Shown: positions 9,662 to 17,982 of the stretch, piece by piece
How positions within the stretch are numbered: the first letter of the stretch is position 1
How the letters are laid out: the number at the start of each line of letters is the position of its first letter
Assembly (NCBI GenBank): GCA_003669585.1
Contig: QWOQ01000005.1
Location: 458,502 to 522,501 of the forward strand
Direction: 5' to 3'
From: Planctomycetota bacterium
GTDB taxonomy: Bacteria > Planctomycetota > Planctomycetia > Pirellulales > UBA1268
Length of the DNA stretch: 64,000 bases
Notes under the pieces: model-generated
What the model was told of the DNA's origin: nothing
Database searches by the model: none
Seen by the model: the letters and a program-made list of their open reading frames with translations, nothing else
Program-made: the position numbers and the translations under genes

Positions 9662-10813
9662 ATGGCGATCGCAAATCTCAAAGAAAAGCCTGTTCGAGTT
9701 CTGGCTCGACTTGCCAAGCAATTTGGAGTTCTTGGCTGGCATTCCATGCGAAAAGATCAACTGATTCGAGCGCTTGTTCGAAAAGCAAAGTCGAGGCCTG
9801 TTGTGGTCGCTGGTAACCTAAGATCACAGGCAGGAAAATCTGGGCTTCGAAACTTGTTTACACCGCTCGATCTCGGGGTTTCCCGGTTAAAAGAATCTCG
9901 TACGGCGGTGACGGTGCGGGACGCGGCAGTGACCGAACGTCTCCAAGAGGCGCGAGATCGACTTTCAAAGGCAAAACTTCTGACGACCCGTCCAGAGAAT
10001 GGGCGATCGCACCGGCAACTTCGAGACAGAATTGTGGTGATGGTGAGGGGTCCTTATTGGCTCCATGCGTTCTGGGAAATCACTCCTCAAAGCGTTTCTC
10101 GGGCCCAAGCAGCCCTTGGTCAGGAGTGGCACGGCGCGAAACCAATTCTTCGATTGATCGGTACCGAACTCGGCGTTCCCGGATCAGCTTCTGAACAGGT
10201 GCTTCGGGATATTGAGGTGCACGGCAGCGTTAAAAACTGGTTTATCGATGTGCGTCACCCGCCACTGAGTTGTCGAGTAGAGGTTGGATATTTGTCTGCA
10301 TCGGGTCGTTTTCATTCGTTGGCTCGCAGCAACTCTGTGTCGACTCCTCCACCGTCGCAGTGCGATACTTTAGATGCTCATTGGGGCGATATCGTGGACG
10401 ATTGTGAAAAAATTTATGCTATGAGCGGTGGATTTTCTTCTGAGAACAACACCACCGAACTCCAGCAACTCTTTGAAGAACGCCTTCGCAGACCGATGGG
10501 ACCTCCAGCGACCCGTCGAGCCGGGGATGAATCGGGGCTTCCACTGAGGCGAGACACTCAGTTTCAGCTTCAAGTTGATGCTGAAATGATGATCTATGGC
10601 GTTACTCAGCCCGGTGCCTACGTGACGCTTCAAGGCTCACCCGTGAAAATTCGTCGCGACGGAACATTCCGGGTTCGACTTGCCATGCCGAACAAACGGC
10701 AGGTAATCCCGATTGTTGCCAGCACGTCCGACGGCGTTGAACAACAGACCGTGGTACTCGCGGTCGAACGAAATACAAAATCAATGGAGCAATCGGGGAA
10801 AGATTCCTGCTAA
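9662..10813 (+). CDS. Hypothetical protein with a Rho-N/SAP-like N-terminal motif and a DUF4912-like body
   Basis: 383-aa ORF. The N-terminus VRVLARLAKQFGVLGWHSMRKDQLIRALV resembles the Rho termination factor N-terminal (SAP-like) helix pair. The segment RIVVMVRGPYWLHAFWEI resembles the start of DUF4912 as I recall it. The family assignment has not been verified by search. Confidence 0.6.
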   Translation: MAIANLKEKPVRVLARLAKQFGVLGWHSMRKDQLIRALVRKAKSRPVVVAGNLRSQAGKSGLRNLFTPLDLGVSRLKESRTAVTVRDAAVTERLQEARDRLSKAKLLTTRPENGRSHRQLRDRIVVMVRGPYWLHAFWEITPQSVSRAQAALGQEWHGAKPILRLIGTELGVPGSASEQVLRDIEVHGSVKNWFIDVRHPPLSCRVEVGYLSASGRFHSLARSNSVSTPPPSQCDTLDAHWGDIVDDCEKIYAMSGGFSSENNTTELQQLFEERLRRPMGPPATRRAGDESGLPLRRDTQFQLQVDAEMMIYGVTQPGAYVTLQGSPVKIRRDGTFRVRLAMPNKRQVIPIVASTSDGVEQQTVVLAVERNTKSMEQSGKDSC

Positions 10814-11267
10814 TATTCGAGAGATTTCTTCAACTTTATTATGCGTTACAGTGTGCCTTTTGATGTCATGGTGAACAGTCACCATCACTAAACACAGGAG
10901 TGTCCGGCGATAAGTTTTCTGTCATGCTCGTGCTGCTGTCGAACCATGTCGGTGAGCTCTTAACGAGGTTCGTAGGGGGCCGATTCATGGATCTGGCCGC
11001 GTGTATAGCCGATGGACCGGCTTTAGCCGGAATTCCACTCGGATCACACGACCCAGAACCTGAGGCACCCCCGTCTTTTTTTAAACGAGCTCTCCGCATA
11101 CCGCGACTCCACGACATTGCGGTGGAAAACTTATCGCCGGCTGCTTCGAACCCGATTTCCGAACGCTTGCCTTTTGAAAAAGCGTTCGTCGTTTGTAAAC
11201 TTTTCCAAACATTTCTTCTGGCACTCGTGTTACACGGCCTTTTTCATATTTTGCGGATCATTTTTTC

Positions 11268-12182
11268 ATGCAGGATACCCTCGATCAGACTGCCCAAAAC
11301 CTCACTCGGCTTGTTGAGATTTTCAATACCTTTCGCGGATGCGTGGTTGCATTTTCGGGAGGCGTAGATAGTGCGGTTGTGGCAAGTATCGCCCATCGAG
11401 TGCTTGGAAATCAGGCTTTGGCTGTTACCGGCGTAAGTCCAAGCCTTGCCGAGAATCAAAAAAATGATGCGATACAAGTGGCTTCGCAGATCGGAATTCG
11501 CCACCGGTTGATTGTAACGCATGAACTTCAGCGTCCTGAATATGTGGCAAACGGATCCGACCGCTGTTTTCACTGCAAATCAGAACTTTATGATGCGCTC
11601 AGTGCGATCTCGCAACAAGAAAACCTCTTCACAATTCTCAATGGATCGAATCAAGACGATCTTGGTGACCATCGTCCTGGACTTCTTGCTGCAGCGTCCG
11701 CCGGAGTACGTAGCCCCTTGTCTGAGGCAGGATTATCCAAAGACTCCGTACGAAGCCTCGCGCTCCACTTGGGACTTTTCATTTGGGACAAACCAGCGAG
11801 CCCATGTCTTTCCAGTCGAATCGCATATGGAGAACCCGTTACCGTTGCTCGACTCCAAGCAATAGAAAAGGCAGAAGCCTTTCTGATGTCGCTCGGATTT
11901 CCGCTCGTACGCGTTCGTTACCATGCTGGTGATATGGCACGAATTGAAATTCCTAGTGATTCCATTTCGCTTCTCACTCGCAGCGAAACACGACTGGCGG
12001 TACTACAAATCCTGCACCGCGCGGGCTTTCGATATATTACGCTCGATCTTGATGGATTTCGATCGGGGAGCCTGAACGAGGTTCTCAGCTTCTCGTGCGA
12101 AACAGCTGGCCCGGATAAATCTGACCGCGACGAACCAGCGACATGCTCGAGAAACCTTCCGCAACTTCCTATTCTTTCCTAA
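11268..12182 (+). CDS. larE: LarE-family PP-loop ATP-dependent sulfur transferase (TIGR00268-type)
   Basis: 304-aa ORF with the PP-loop [13 protein letters not shown]. It is collinear with L. plantarum LarE: DHRPGL vs DYRPGL, ASPCLSSRIAYG vs ASCSVSSRFPYG, LGFPLVRVRYHAGDMARIEIP vs LGFPTVRVRFHNDIARIELP, and GFRYITLDLDGFRSG vs GFRYVTLDLGGFRSG. An extra CFHC pair is present. Confidence 0.85.
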   Translation: MQDTLDQTAQNLTRLVEIFNTFRGCVVAFSGGVDSAVVASIAHRVLGNQALAVTGVSPSLAENQKNDAIQVASQIGIRHRLIVTHELQRPEYVANGSDRCFHCKSELYDALSAISQQENLFTILNGSNQDDLGDHRPGLLAAASAGVRSPLSEAGLSKDSVRSLALHLGLFIWDKPASPCLSSRIAYGEPVTVARLQAIEKAEAFLMSLGFPLVRVRYHAGDMARIEIPSDSISLLTRSETRLAVLQILHRAGFRYITLDLDGFRSGSLNEVLSFSCETAGPDKSDRDEPATCSRNLPQLPILS

Positions 12183-12221
12183 AAGTTCTTCGAGTGAAGG
12201 CGTGTCTCGATTTTTGATCTC

Positions 12222-14303
12222 CTACGATTTTCGACCAAATCTTTTTGCCGTTTTTATTTGCCACGCTTGAAAGAGCGTGGTTGGATTTGATCGAAAAACG
12301 CCTGTAAAAGCGTCCTCGAATGGCTGACCACCGTCAAGATCTTTTGTCATCGCAGCAAGCTTTCCAGGAGTTGATGCAAACGACGAAACAAAGCTCCCCG
12401 AAATAGCCGCTACATCGGCAGGACTTGCTCCACCTTCAAAAAATTCTGTCGGGGAAGAAACATGTATCAAACTCGCAGGCACTGACGCGTCCCACGCTCG
12501 TGCAAGCGATGCCTTAGGAGATATTTTGATCGCAACAGTACGGCCAGCTCCCCTGGAAAACCAATCCGGCGCTCCACGCGCTAAAAGAGAAATGGCTGCA
12601 AGATGTTCCGTAATCATCAACGATGCGTCTTCTTCCTCGTCGGGCACGACGATCGCCGCATAGACCACGTCACCGGAAATACCAACGTGGCCAGTCAGGC
12701 TTTTGGGTCGTTCAGCTCCCATGATATTTTGCCAAAAATTTGAGTAGTCGTACGCCTTCTCAAATACGAATACGACAACACCTCCCTTTACCAGCGGAGC
12801 ATCGCCCAGACCAAGTGACTTTTTCACCAATTCGCTTGAGGATTCCATCATGGAAGCAACCTCTTTTGTCCGCGAAGCACTCATATTTCCAATCACCGTA
12901 ACCTCTTTGATTGTCGATGATTCAGGAGACTCGTCCGGAATGGCTCGCTTCCAGAGCTTTTCAGCGGCTTCACCTCTTACCACAGTAAGCGATTCATGCG
13001 AGAGCCCTTGAGATCGTCCTGCGGCTGCCACTGTTTCAAGTGAATCTTCCGGTTTGAGCAAATCGATGGTCGCTCCCTGATTGATCCATTTCTCGATTTT
13101 TCCAATCAACTCGTCCTCGAGTGGATCCTTTCCCAGAGGCATCCTTTGACCATCAATTCCAATACCTCTCAGTTTTCTGACAAGTAAGCTACCGGCGCCT
13201 TTTCCAGCAATGAAGGTCGGGCCGTTGGTGCCTCCTGCCTGAAGGGTTGAAAGACTCACCATTCGAAGACGAGCTTCGGCGTCGTTGGCATCGTGGCACC
13301 CATCGCAGTGCTCTACCAAAACAGGAGCAATTTCTCTTGAGAATGAAATGTCGCCTGCTTTTAGTGCAGGACGTTTGGGCGTGATAGGAGTCGTCGGTTC
13401 TCCTTTGGTCTTGGATGTGCCAGCGATCATCACTGGCTGAGGGGTTCCAAGCGGCCCTGTCGCGTCAGCACCATCAAAGATGGCTCCCTGATCAATCCAC
13501 TGAGAAATGAACGCTAACTCAGCGGGAGTAACCTTGCCACCACCGCGTGGCATGTCACCCGAAGCGATTACTTCCACCAGACGACTGGCGTTCCCCACAC
13601 CCTTTTGAACCATCTTGCTTTTAATTAAGTCTTCGTAAGAAGCCATCTGAAAATCACCCTTGCGACCCTGCACGTGGCAGGTGCCACACCGCGACGCGAG
13701 GAATGGCCCAATGTGGGTAACAAAGCTAATTCCAGGTGGAGTCATTTGCTTGGTGGGTCTGGCAACAGGATTTGAAGCCGGTCGAGAACTGGATTTTATG
13801 ACTGGGATTTTTAATGCTGTGACATCAATCCCCTCGAGCTCCAATCCATCCTTCAACGTACGAATCCGATCTGCAAGCCCTTTGACACCCGTTGGAATTC
13901 GCTCCATTTCTGAAAGCGTTTCCACTTGTTCAATGGCCTCCTTCAAGATGTTCAATGATCCAGATGTTTTTCCTTTTTTCAAAAGCGTGTCAGCCTCGTC
14001 GATGAGGGCCTTGGCTGTCTTTACCGCTTCAATCGCACTCGCTTTTTCATTTTTTGAATCTTTCGCTTTTGTGGATTCGGTATCTTCATCTGCCGCCCGC
14101 ACCACGCTCGTTCCCGGCATCTGCATGGGCTCTGGAATCAGGCCTGCCCATCCGATAACTCCTGCCAAGACAAGCATTTTTTTGCCTGACCATCGAGTCT
14201 TCGAAAATGCATAACAACCGATTGATACGTACATTGAATAACTCTCCGCGTTTTCAACCTCGACAACAAGAATTTCTAAAATGTGATACTCACGAGATTT
14301 CAT
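12222..14303 (-). CDS. Secreted hypothetical protein with two planctomycete cytochrome-c-like (PSCyt1-type, CxxCH) domains
   Basis: 693-aa ORF. The real start is probably internal (M24 at 14234 or M43), giving a signal-like MLVLAGVIGWAGLIPEP. Two CxxCH segments are present: CGTCHVQGRKGDFQMASYEDL...GDMPRGG...ELAFISQWIDQGA and CDGCHDANDAEARLRM...LQAGGTNGPTFIAGKGAGSLLVRKL...QRMPLG...LIGKIEKWINQGA. Confidence 0.7.
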   Translation of the reverse strand: MKSREYHILEILVVEVENAESYSMYVSIGCYAFSKTRWSGKKMLVLAGVIGWAGLIPEPMQMPGTSVVRAADEDTESTKAKDSKNEKASAIEAVKTAKALIDEADTLLKKGKTSGSLNILKEAIEQVETLSEMERIPTGVKGLADRIRTLKDGLELEGIDVTALKIPVIKSSSRPASNPVARPTKQMTPPGISFVTHIGPFLASRCGTCHVQGRKGDFQMASYEDLIKSKMVQKGVGNASRLVEVIASGDMPRGGGKVTPAELAFISQWIDQGAIFDGADATGPLGTPQPVMIAGTSKTKGEPTTPITPKRPALKAGDISFSREIAPVLVEHCDGCHDANDAEARLRMVSLSTLQAGGTNGPTFIAGKGAGSLLVRKLRGIGIDGQRMPLGKDPLEDELIGKIEKWINQGATIDLLKPEDSLETVAAAGRSQGLSHESLTVVRGEAAEKLWKRAIPDESPESSTIKEVTVIGNMSASRTKEVASMMESSSELVKKSLGLGDAPLVKGGVVVFVFEKAYDYSNFWQNIMGAERPKSLTGHVGISGDVVYAAIVVPDEEEDASLMITEHLAAISLLARGAPDWFSRGAGRTVAIKISPKASLARAWDASVPASLIHVSSPTEFFEGGASPADVAAISGSFVSSFASTPGKLAAMTKDLDGGQPFEDAFTGVFRSNPTTLFQAWQIKTAKRFGRKS

Positions 14304-14501
14304 TCCGTACGAAATAGAACTATTGCTATTTTCTTAGAGCGTCAGTGCTCTCCGGAACCCGCCTGACTCTTTCAAGTGTGCCTCTTGACCTGTCGTAAAC
14401 GCAAGACGAAGACCGCTTGTCCCCTCAATCGACGAAGGACTCTGATTTTATTCAAGGTTCCTCGGCCTGTTACAGATCGATTTTCTGCCCTACTTTGAGA
14501 T

Positions 14502-14867
14502 CTACATGGGGGAACTGCTGAAAATCCAGGCTCCAAGAGCAAAGCCGAGACATGCCACGGCAAAAATCAATCCTCCCTGTAAGTAGATCCATATCCGTGG
14601 AAAGCTGACTTGTCCCTTTGCCGCGACGGGTTCCCCTTTTTGTTCACTCTGCACCGACGGTTTTTCAAACTTTTGCGGAGAAACGAGAAGCGATTCGATT
14701 GATTTTTCAACCGATCTGTCTTCGAATCGCTTCGCAACTCCCTCAGGAGACGCACTCGGCACCATCACGCGCGAGGAGCATTTGGGACAGGCAATCGATG
14801 TCTCTGCCCATCGCGACGGCACATGCAACTTTGCACGACATCCAGTGCATCGAAACTCGATCGGCAT
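14502..14867 (-). CDS. Small zinc-ribbon protein with a C-terminal TM helix (hypothetical)
   Basis: The ORF from the ATG at 14867 reads MPIEFRCTGCRAKLHVPSRWAETSIACPKCSSRV (CxxC...CxxC ribbon). The C-terminal hydrophobic segment is IWIYLQGGLIFAVACLGFALGAWIF. Confidence 0.5.
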   Translation of the reverse strand: MPIEFRCTGCRAKLHVPSRWAETSIACPKCSSRVMVPSASPEGVAKRFEDRSVEKSIESLLVSPQKFEKPSVQSEQKGEPVAAKGQVSFPRIWIYLQGGLIFAVACLGFALGAWIFSSSPM

Positions 14868-14945
14868 GCACGACTCTTTCAACGAACTGGTAGTGCTGCG
14901 TCGCGACGAGCGACTGCTCGAATACCGCAGAGATAATCAATCAAT

Positions 14946-15305
14946 TCATGAATGTGCTGAATCCCGTTCAAGGGATTGATCGCCCTGGAGTGGCAGACCG
15001 GGTGATCGTCTCCGAGTTCGATTGCGGCGGACGGTTCGAATTCGTCGAGGTCGACGAACTCGACGATGCCTTTCAAAAGGATTTACTGCAAGTGCCACAA
15101 TTCCGTTCGTGACCGCAGTCACTACGATCATGCAAACCCATATCACTCCAAGAACAATCGACAGTTTTCCACAGGCTCGGGCTCCAGACTCGTCGCCAAG
15201 ATTTCCCAAAAGCGACGCAAAACCCCCTAAGACCACAAGAACAAGCGGAAGGCCCAAAACTGCTACAACGGCACATGCCAGAATACGGCGAATCAATCTC
15301 TGCAT
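14946..15305 (-). CDS. Hypothetical two-TM membrane protein. The 3' end and reading frame are uncertain.
   Basis: From the internal ATG (15303-15305): MQRLIRRILACAVVAVLGLPLVLVVLGGFASLLG...LSIVLGVIWVCMIVVTAVTNGIVALAV. The last ~45 codons are an Arg-run tail that overlaps a more protein-like alternative frame (see findings). Confidence 0.4.
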   Translation of the reverse strand: MQRLIRRILACAVVAVLGLPLVLVVLGGFASLLGNLGDESGARACGKLSIVLGVIWVCMIVVTAVTNGIVALAVNPFERHRRVRRPRRIRTVRRNRTRRRSPGLPLQGDQSLERDSAHS

Positions 15306-15519
15306 GGCGGGGGCTTTTCTTCTTTTGCGATGACGGGGACTGCCGAAATTGTGAATCACCCGCGATGGTGAGTCAAATAAATGTTCCAAACTGTGCCGAA
15401 TCGATCTTTTCGCAATCTTTTTATCCACGTCTAGGCGACTGGATTGGCCTCCCAACCAATCGCAAAACGTCGATAGAATGAGCCTTCTCGGGTTTTCGAC
15501 CTGATAATTTCACCGCTGT

Positions 15520-17961
15520 ATGCAGGCGATGAAATTCTCATTTTTCCTTCACTTTTGTTTCACAGTTAGCATGATTATGTGGTCACTTCTTGCATTGAGC
15601 CATCGACTGCGATGTACACATTGGCAGCTCATCGTTGTTTTTCTCTGTTTCTTTTTTTTGGCATGCGCGAGACTTCAGGCAGATCAGGTTGAACTCAAAG
15701 ACGGTCGAATCCTTGAGGGAAAATTTGCTCAGATTTCAGGAGTGGCAATCGACCCAATTGCGCAGGCGCGATCGAGCGACACTGCAGGCACTCCCATTCT
15801 TATGTGTGACGACGAACTCACCCGCACCATGGTCTCTCAACGAAACGTTCAACGCGTAGAGCCCGGGGCGGTTGGAATTGGCATGGAACGTATTCCAATT
15901 CCTCAGAAAATTGCCGAAAACGGCCGTCGACTTGCTTCTGTGGGTGTGATTTTAGAGACAACTCCGTTCGATAATTTTGGCCGACGGATTTTTTCAGTCG
16001 GCAGTGCTGCTGGAAGAATCGATATGGTTCAAGGCATCACAATGATCACACCGCTGTGGACCAGCATCGAAGGATTGGCAACTGAAAAATCATTGATCCT
16101 CGACATGCGTCTGGCCACTTCATCAATTCCACGAGATGTGTTGCGCAGAGTCATCGACCAAAATATCGATCGAACAAATCCTGACCATCGGCTTCGTGTC
16201 GTCAGACTGTATCTGCAATCTGATCGATACGAGGATGCCAAGAGCGAATTAGACGAGGTGCTTTCCGACTTTCCAGATCTCGCTGATTTGGCCGTTGAGC
16301 GACGGTCATTATCACAACTAGCGGCCAAAACAATCATTGATGAAATTCTTCTCCGTTCATCCTCGGGTCAGGATCGGATGGCAATGTCGATGCTTGAAAA
16401 CTTTCCTTCTGACGATATTGACGGTGAGGTTCTAGAAATAGTTCGCGAAAAACGTGACGAGTATCGGAACCGTCGGGATGAAGGGCGCGATCTGGTTGCA
16501 GCGATCTCTGCTCGCGCCGCTGAGCTTGAGGATGAGGATCAACGCCAATCGGTTCTGGAAATGAGTGGTGAAATTGCCCGAGAACTTTCCTTTTCCTCGT
16601 TGGATCGCTTGGAATCCTTCAAGCAACTCGGTTTGAAGGAGGATCTTTCGGCTGATCGCGCGACTGCACTGGCTGTCAGTGGTTGGCTGCTTGGATCAGA
16701 CAACGCTTCAGACAACCTCATCATTGCTCTTTCAAGCCTGCGCGTGCGCCACATGCTGTGCGAATATATGACCTCCGTGGATAAGCCGAGCCGAGCCTCG
16801 CTTTTGGCACGTCTGCGGGAAGAGGAGACATTTGATGCCGCCACCGTCGCACTTCTTGCATCGAACATGAAACCGCCCCAGCCATTACCGCCTCAGAAGG
16901 ATCGGGGGCTTTATGAAATTATGGTGCAGGGCATTCAAGGAGATCCCCCTGTTCGCTGCCTGGTTCAACTCCCCCCAGAATACGATCCGCTGCGAAAATA
17001 TCCGACGGTTGTAACTTTACATGCAGCCTGGTCGACTCCACTGAATCAAATTGAATGGTGGGCAGGCATGCCGGGGAACGATGGATCCAGACTGGGACAA
17101 GCATCCAGAAGGGGATACATCGTGGTAGCGCCCTTCTGGGGACAGGAACACCAGACCTCGTACGAGTATTCAGCTCGCGAACATGCTGCAGTACTTGGAA
17201 GCCTTCGCGAAGCGAATCGGCATTTTTCGATTGACTCCGACCGCGTCTTTTTATCTGGACATTCTATGGGAGGCGACGCAGCGTGGGACGTGGCGCTTTC
17301 TCATCCGGATTTATGGGCTGGACTCGTCGGGATCGTGCCGACTTCTGCACGGTATGTAAATCATTACTGGAAAAATGCACATCGACTACCAATGTATCTG
17401 GTTGGTGGCGAACTTGACAGCGATCGACTTGTTCGCAACGCCATGGACCTCGATCGTTACTTTCAAAAAGGCTTTGATGCCACCTACGTTGAATATCTCG
17501 GACGAGGCCACGAACATTTCTCTGATGATATTCATCGGATCTTCGATTGGATGGGACGAAAAACGAGATCCTTTTTTCCAAATTCAGTCGAAGCTGTTTC
17601 GATGCGACCATGGGACAGTTTTTTCTGGTGGATAGAAATGTCGCGGGCACCCGTTCGCACAATCGTACTTCCAGCCCAGTGGCCTCCGTCTTCAGGCGTA
17701 CGGGCACTGGAGATCAGTGCCAAAACCACCCCGGGGAACTCGATATCGGTTCGATGCGGAGCGGAAAAAGTGACGGTCTGGCTTTCGCCAGATATGATTG
17801 ACTTCTCAAAGCCGCTCAGCGTGACAATTGATGGCCAGCGTCGCTGGAATGGTGATTTTTCAGCCGACTTGGAGGTCATGCTTGAAGATTTGCGAACCCG
17901 CGGTGATCGACAGCATCCGTTCTGGGCAAAGATCGAATCAGTTACTCGAAAAAGTCAGTGA
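15520..17961 (+). CDS. Large exported protein with a C-terminal alpha/beta-hydrolase (esterase/peptidase-like) domain
   Basis: 813-aa ORF with an N-terminal hydrophobic region and a TPR/helical middle. The C-terminal domain carries the GxSxG nucleophile elbow (VFLSGHSMGGDAAWDV) and a downstream GRGHEHF (His candidate). Confidence 0.7.
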   Translation: MQAMKFSFFLHFCFTVSMIMWSLLALSHRLRCTHWQLIVVFLCFFFLACARLQADQVELKDGRILEGKFAQISGVAIDPIAQARSSDTAGTPILMCDDELTRTMVSQRNVQRVEPGAVGIGMERIPIPQKIAENGRRLASVGVILETTPFDNFGRRIFSVGSAAGRIDMVQGITMITPLWTSIEGLATEKSLILDMRLATSSIPRDVLRRVIDQNIDRTNPDHRLRVVRLYLQSDRYEDAKSELDEVLSDFPDLADLAVERRSLSQLAAKTIIDEILLRSSSGQDRMAMSMLENFPSDDIDGEVLEIVREKRDEYRNRRDEGRDLVAAISARAAELEDEDQRQSVLEMSGEIARELSFSSLDRLESFKQLGLKEDLSADRATALAVSGWLLGSDNASDNLIIALSSLRVRHMLCEYMTSVDKPSRASLLARLREEETFDAATVALLASNMKPPQPLPPQKDRGLYEIMVQGIQGDPPVRCLVQLPPEYDPLRKYPTVVTLHAAWSTPLNQIEWWAGMPGNDGSRLGQASRRGYIVVAPFWGQEHQTSYEYSAREHAAVLGSLREANRHFSIDSDRVFLSGHSMGGDAAWDVALSHPDLWAGLVGIVPTSARYVNHYWKNAHRLPMYLVGGELDSDRLVRNAMDLDRYFQKGFDATYVEYLGRGHEHFSDDIHRIFDWMGRKTRSFFPNSVEAVSMRPWDSFFWWIEMSRAPVRTIVLPAQWPPSSGVRALEISAKTTPGNSISVRCGAEKVTVWLSPDMIDFSKPLSVTIDGQRRWNGDFSADLEVMLEDLRTRGDRQHPFWAKIESVTRKSQ

Positions 17962-17982
17962 TGCTCTTTTTACGAACGCTGG

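Noticed and set aside
10866-11367. ORFs 10900-11367 (+) and 10866-11117 (-) in the 454-bp gap upstream of the larE-like gene
   Set aside because: The plus-strand ORF runs out of frame into larE. Neither product looks protein-like. The gap is left as intergenic.
13660-14214. 184-aa plus-strand ORF antisense to the PSCyt1-domain gene
   Set aside because: It is a shadow ORF. It has no motifs, and the opposite strand carries recognisable CxxCH domain blocks.
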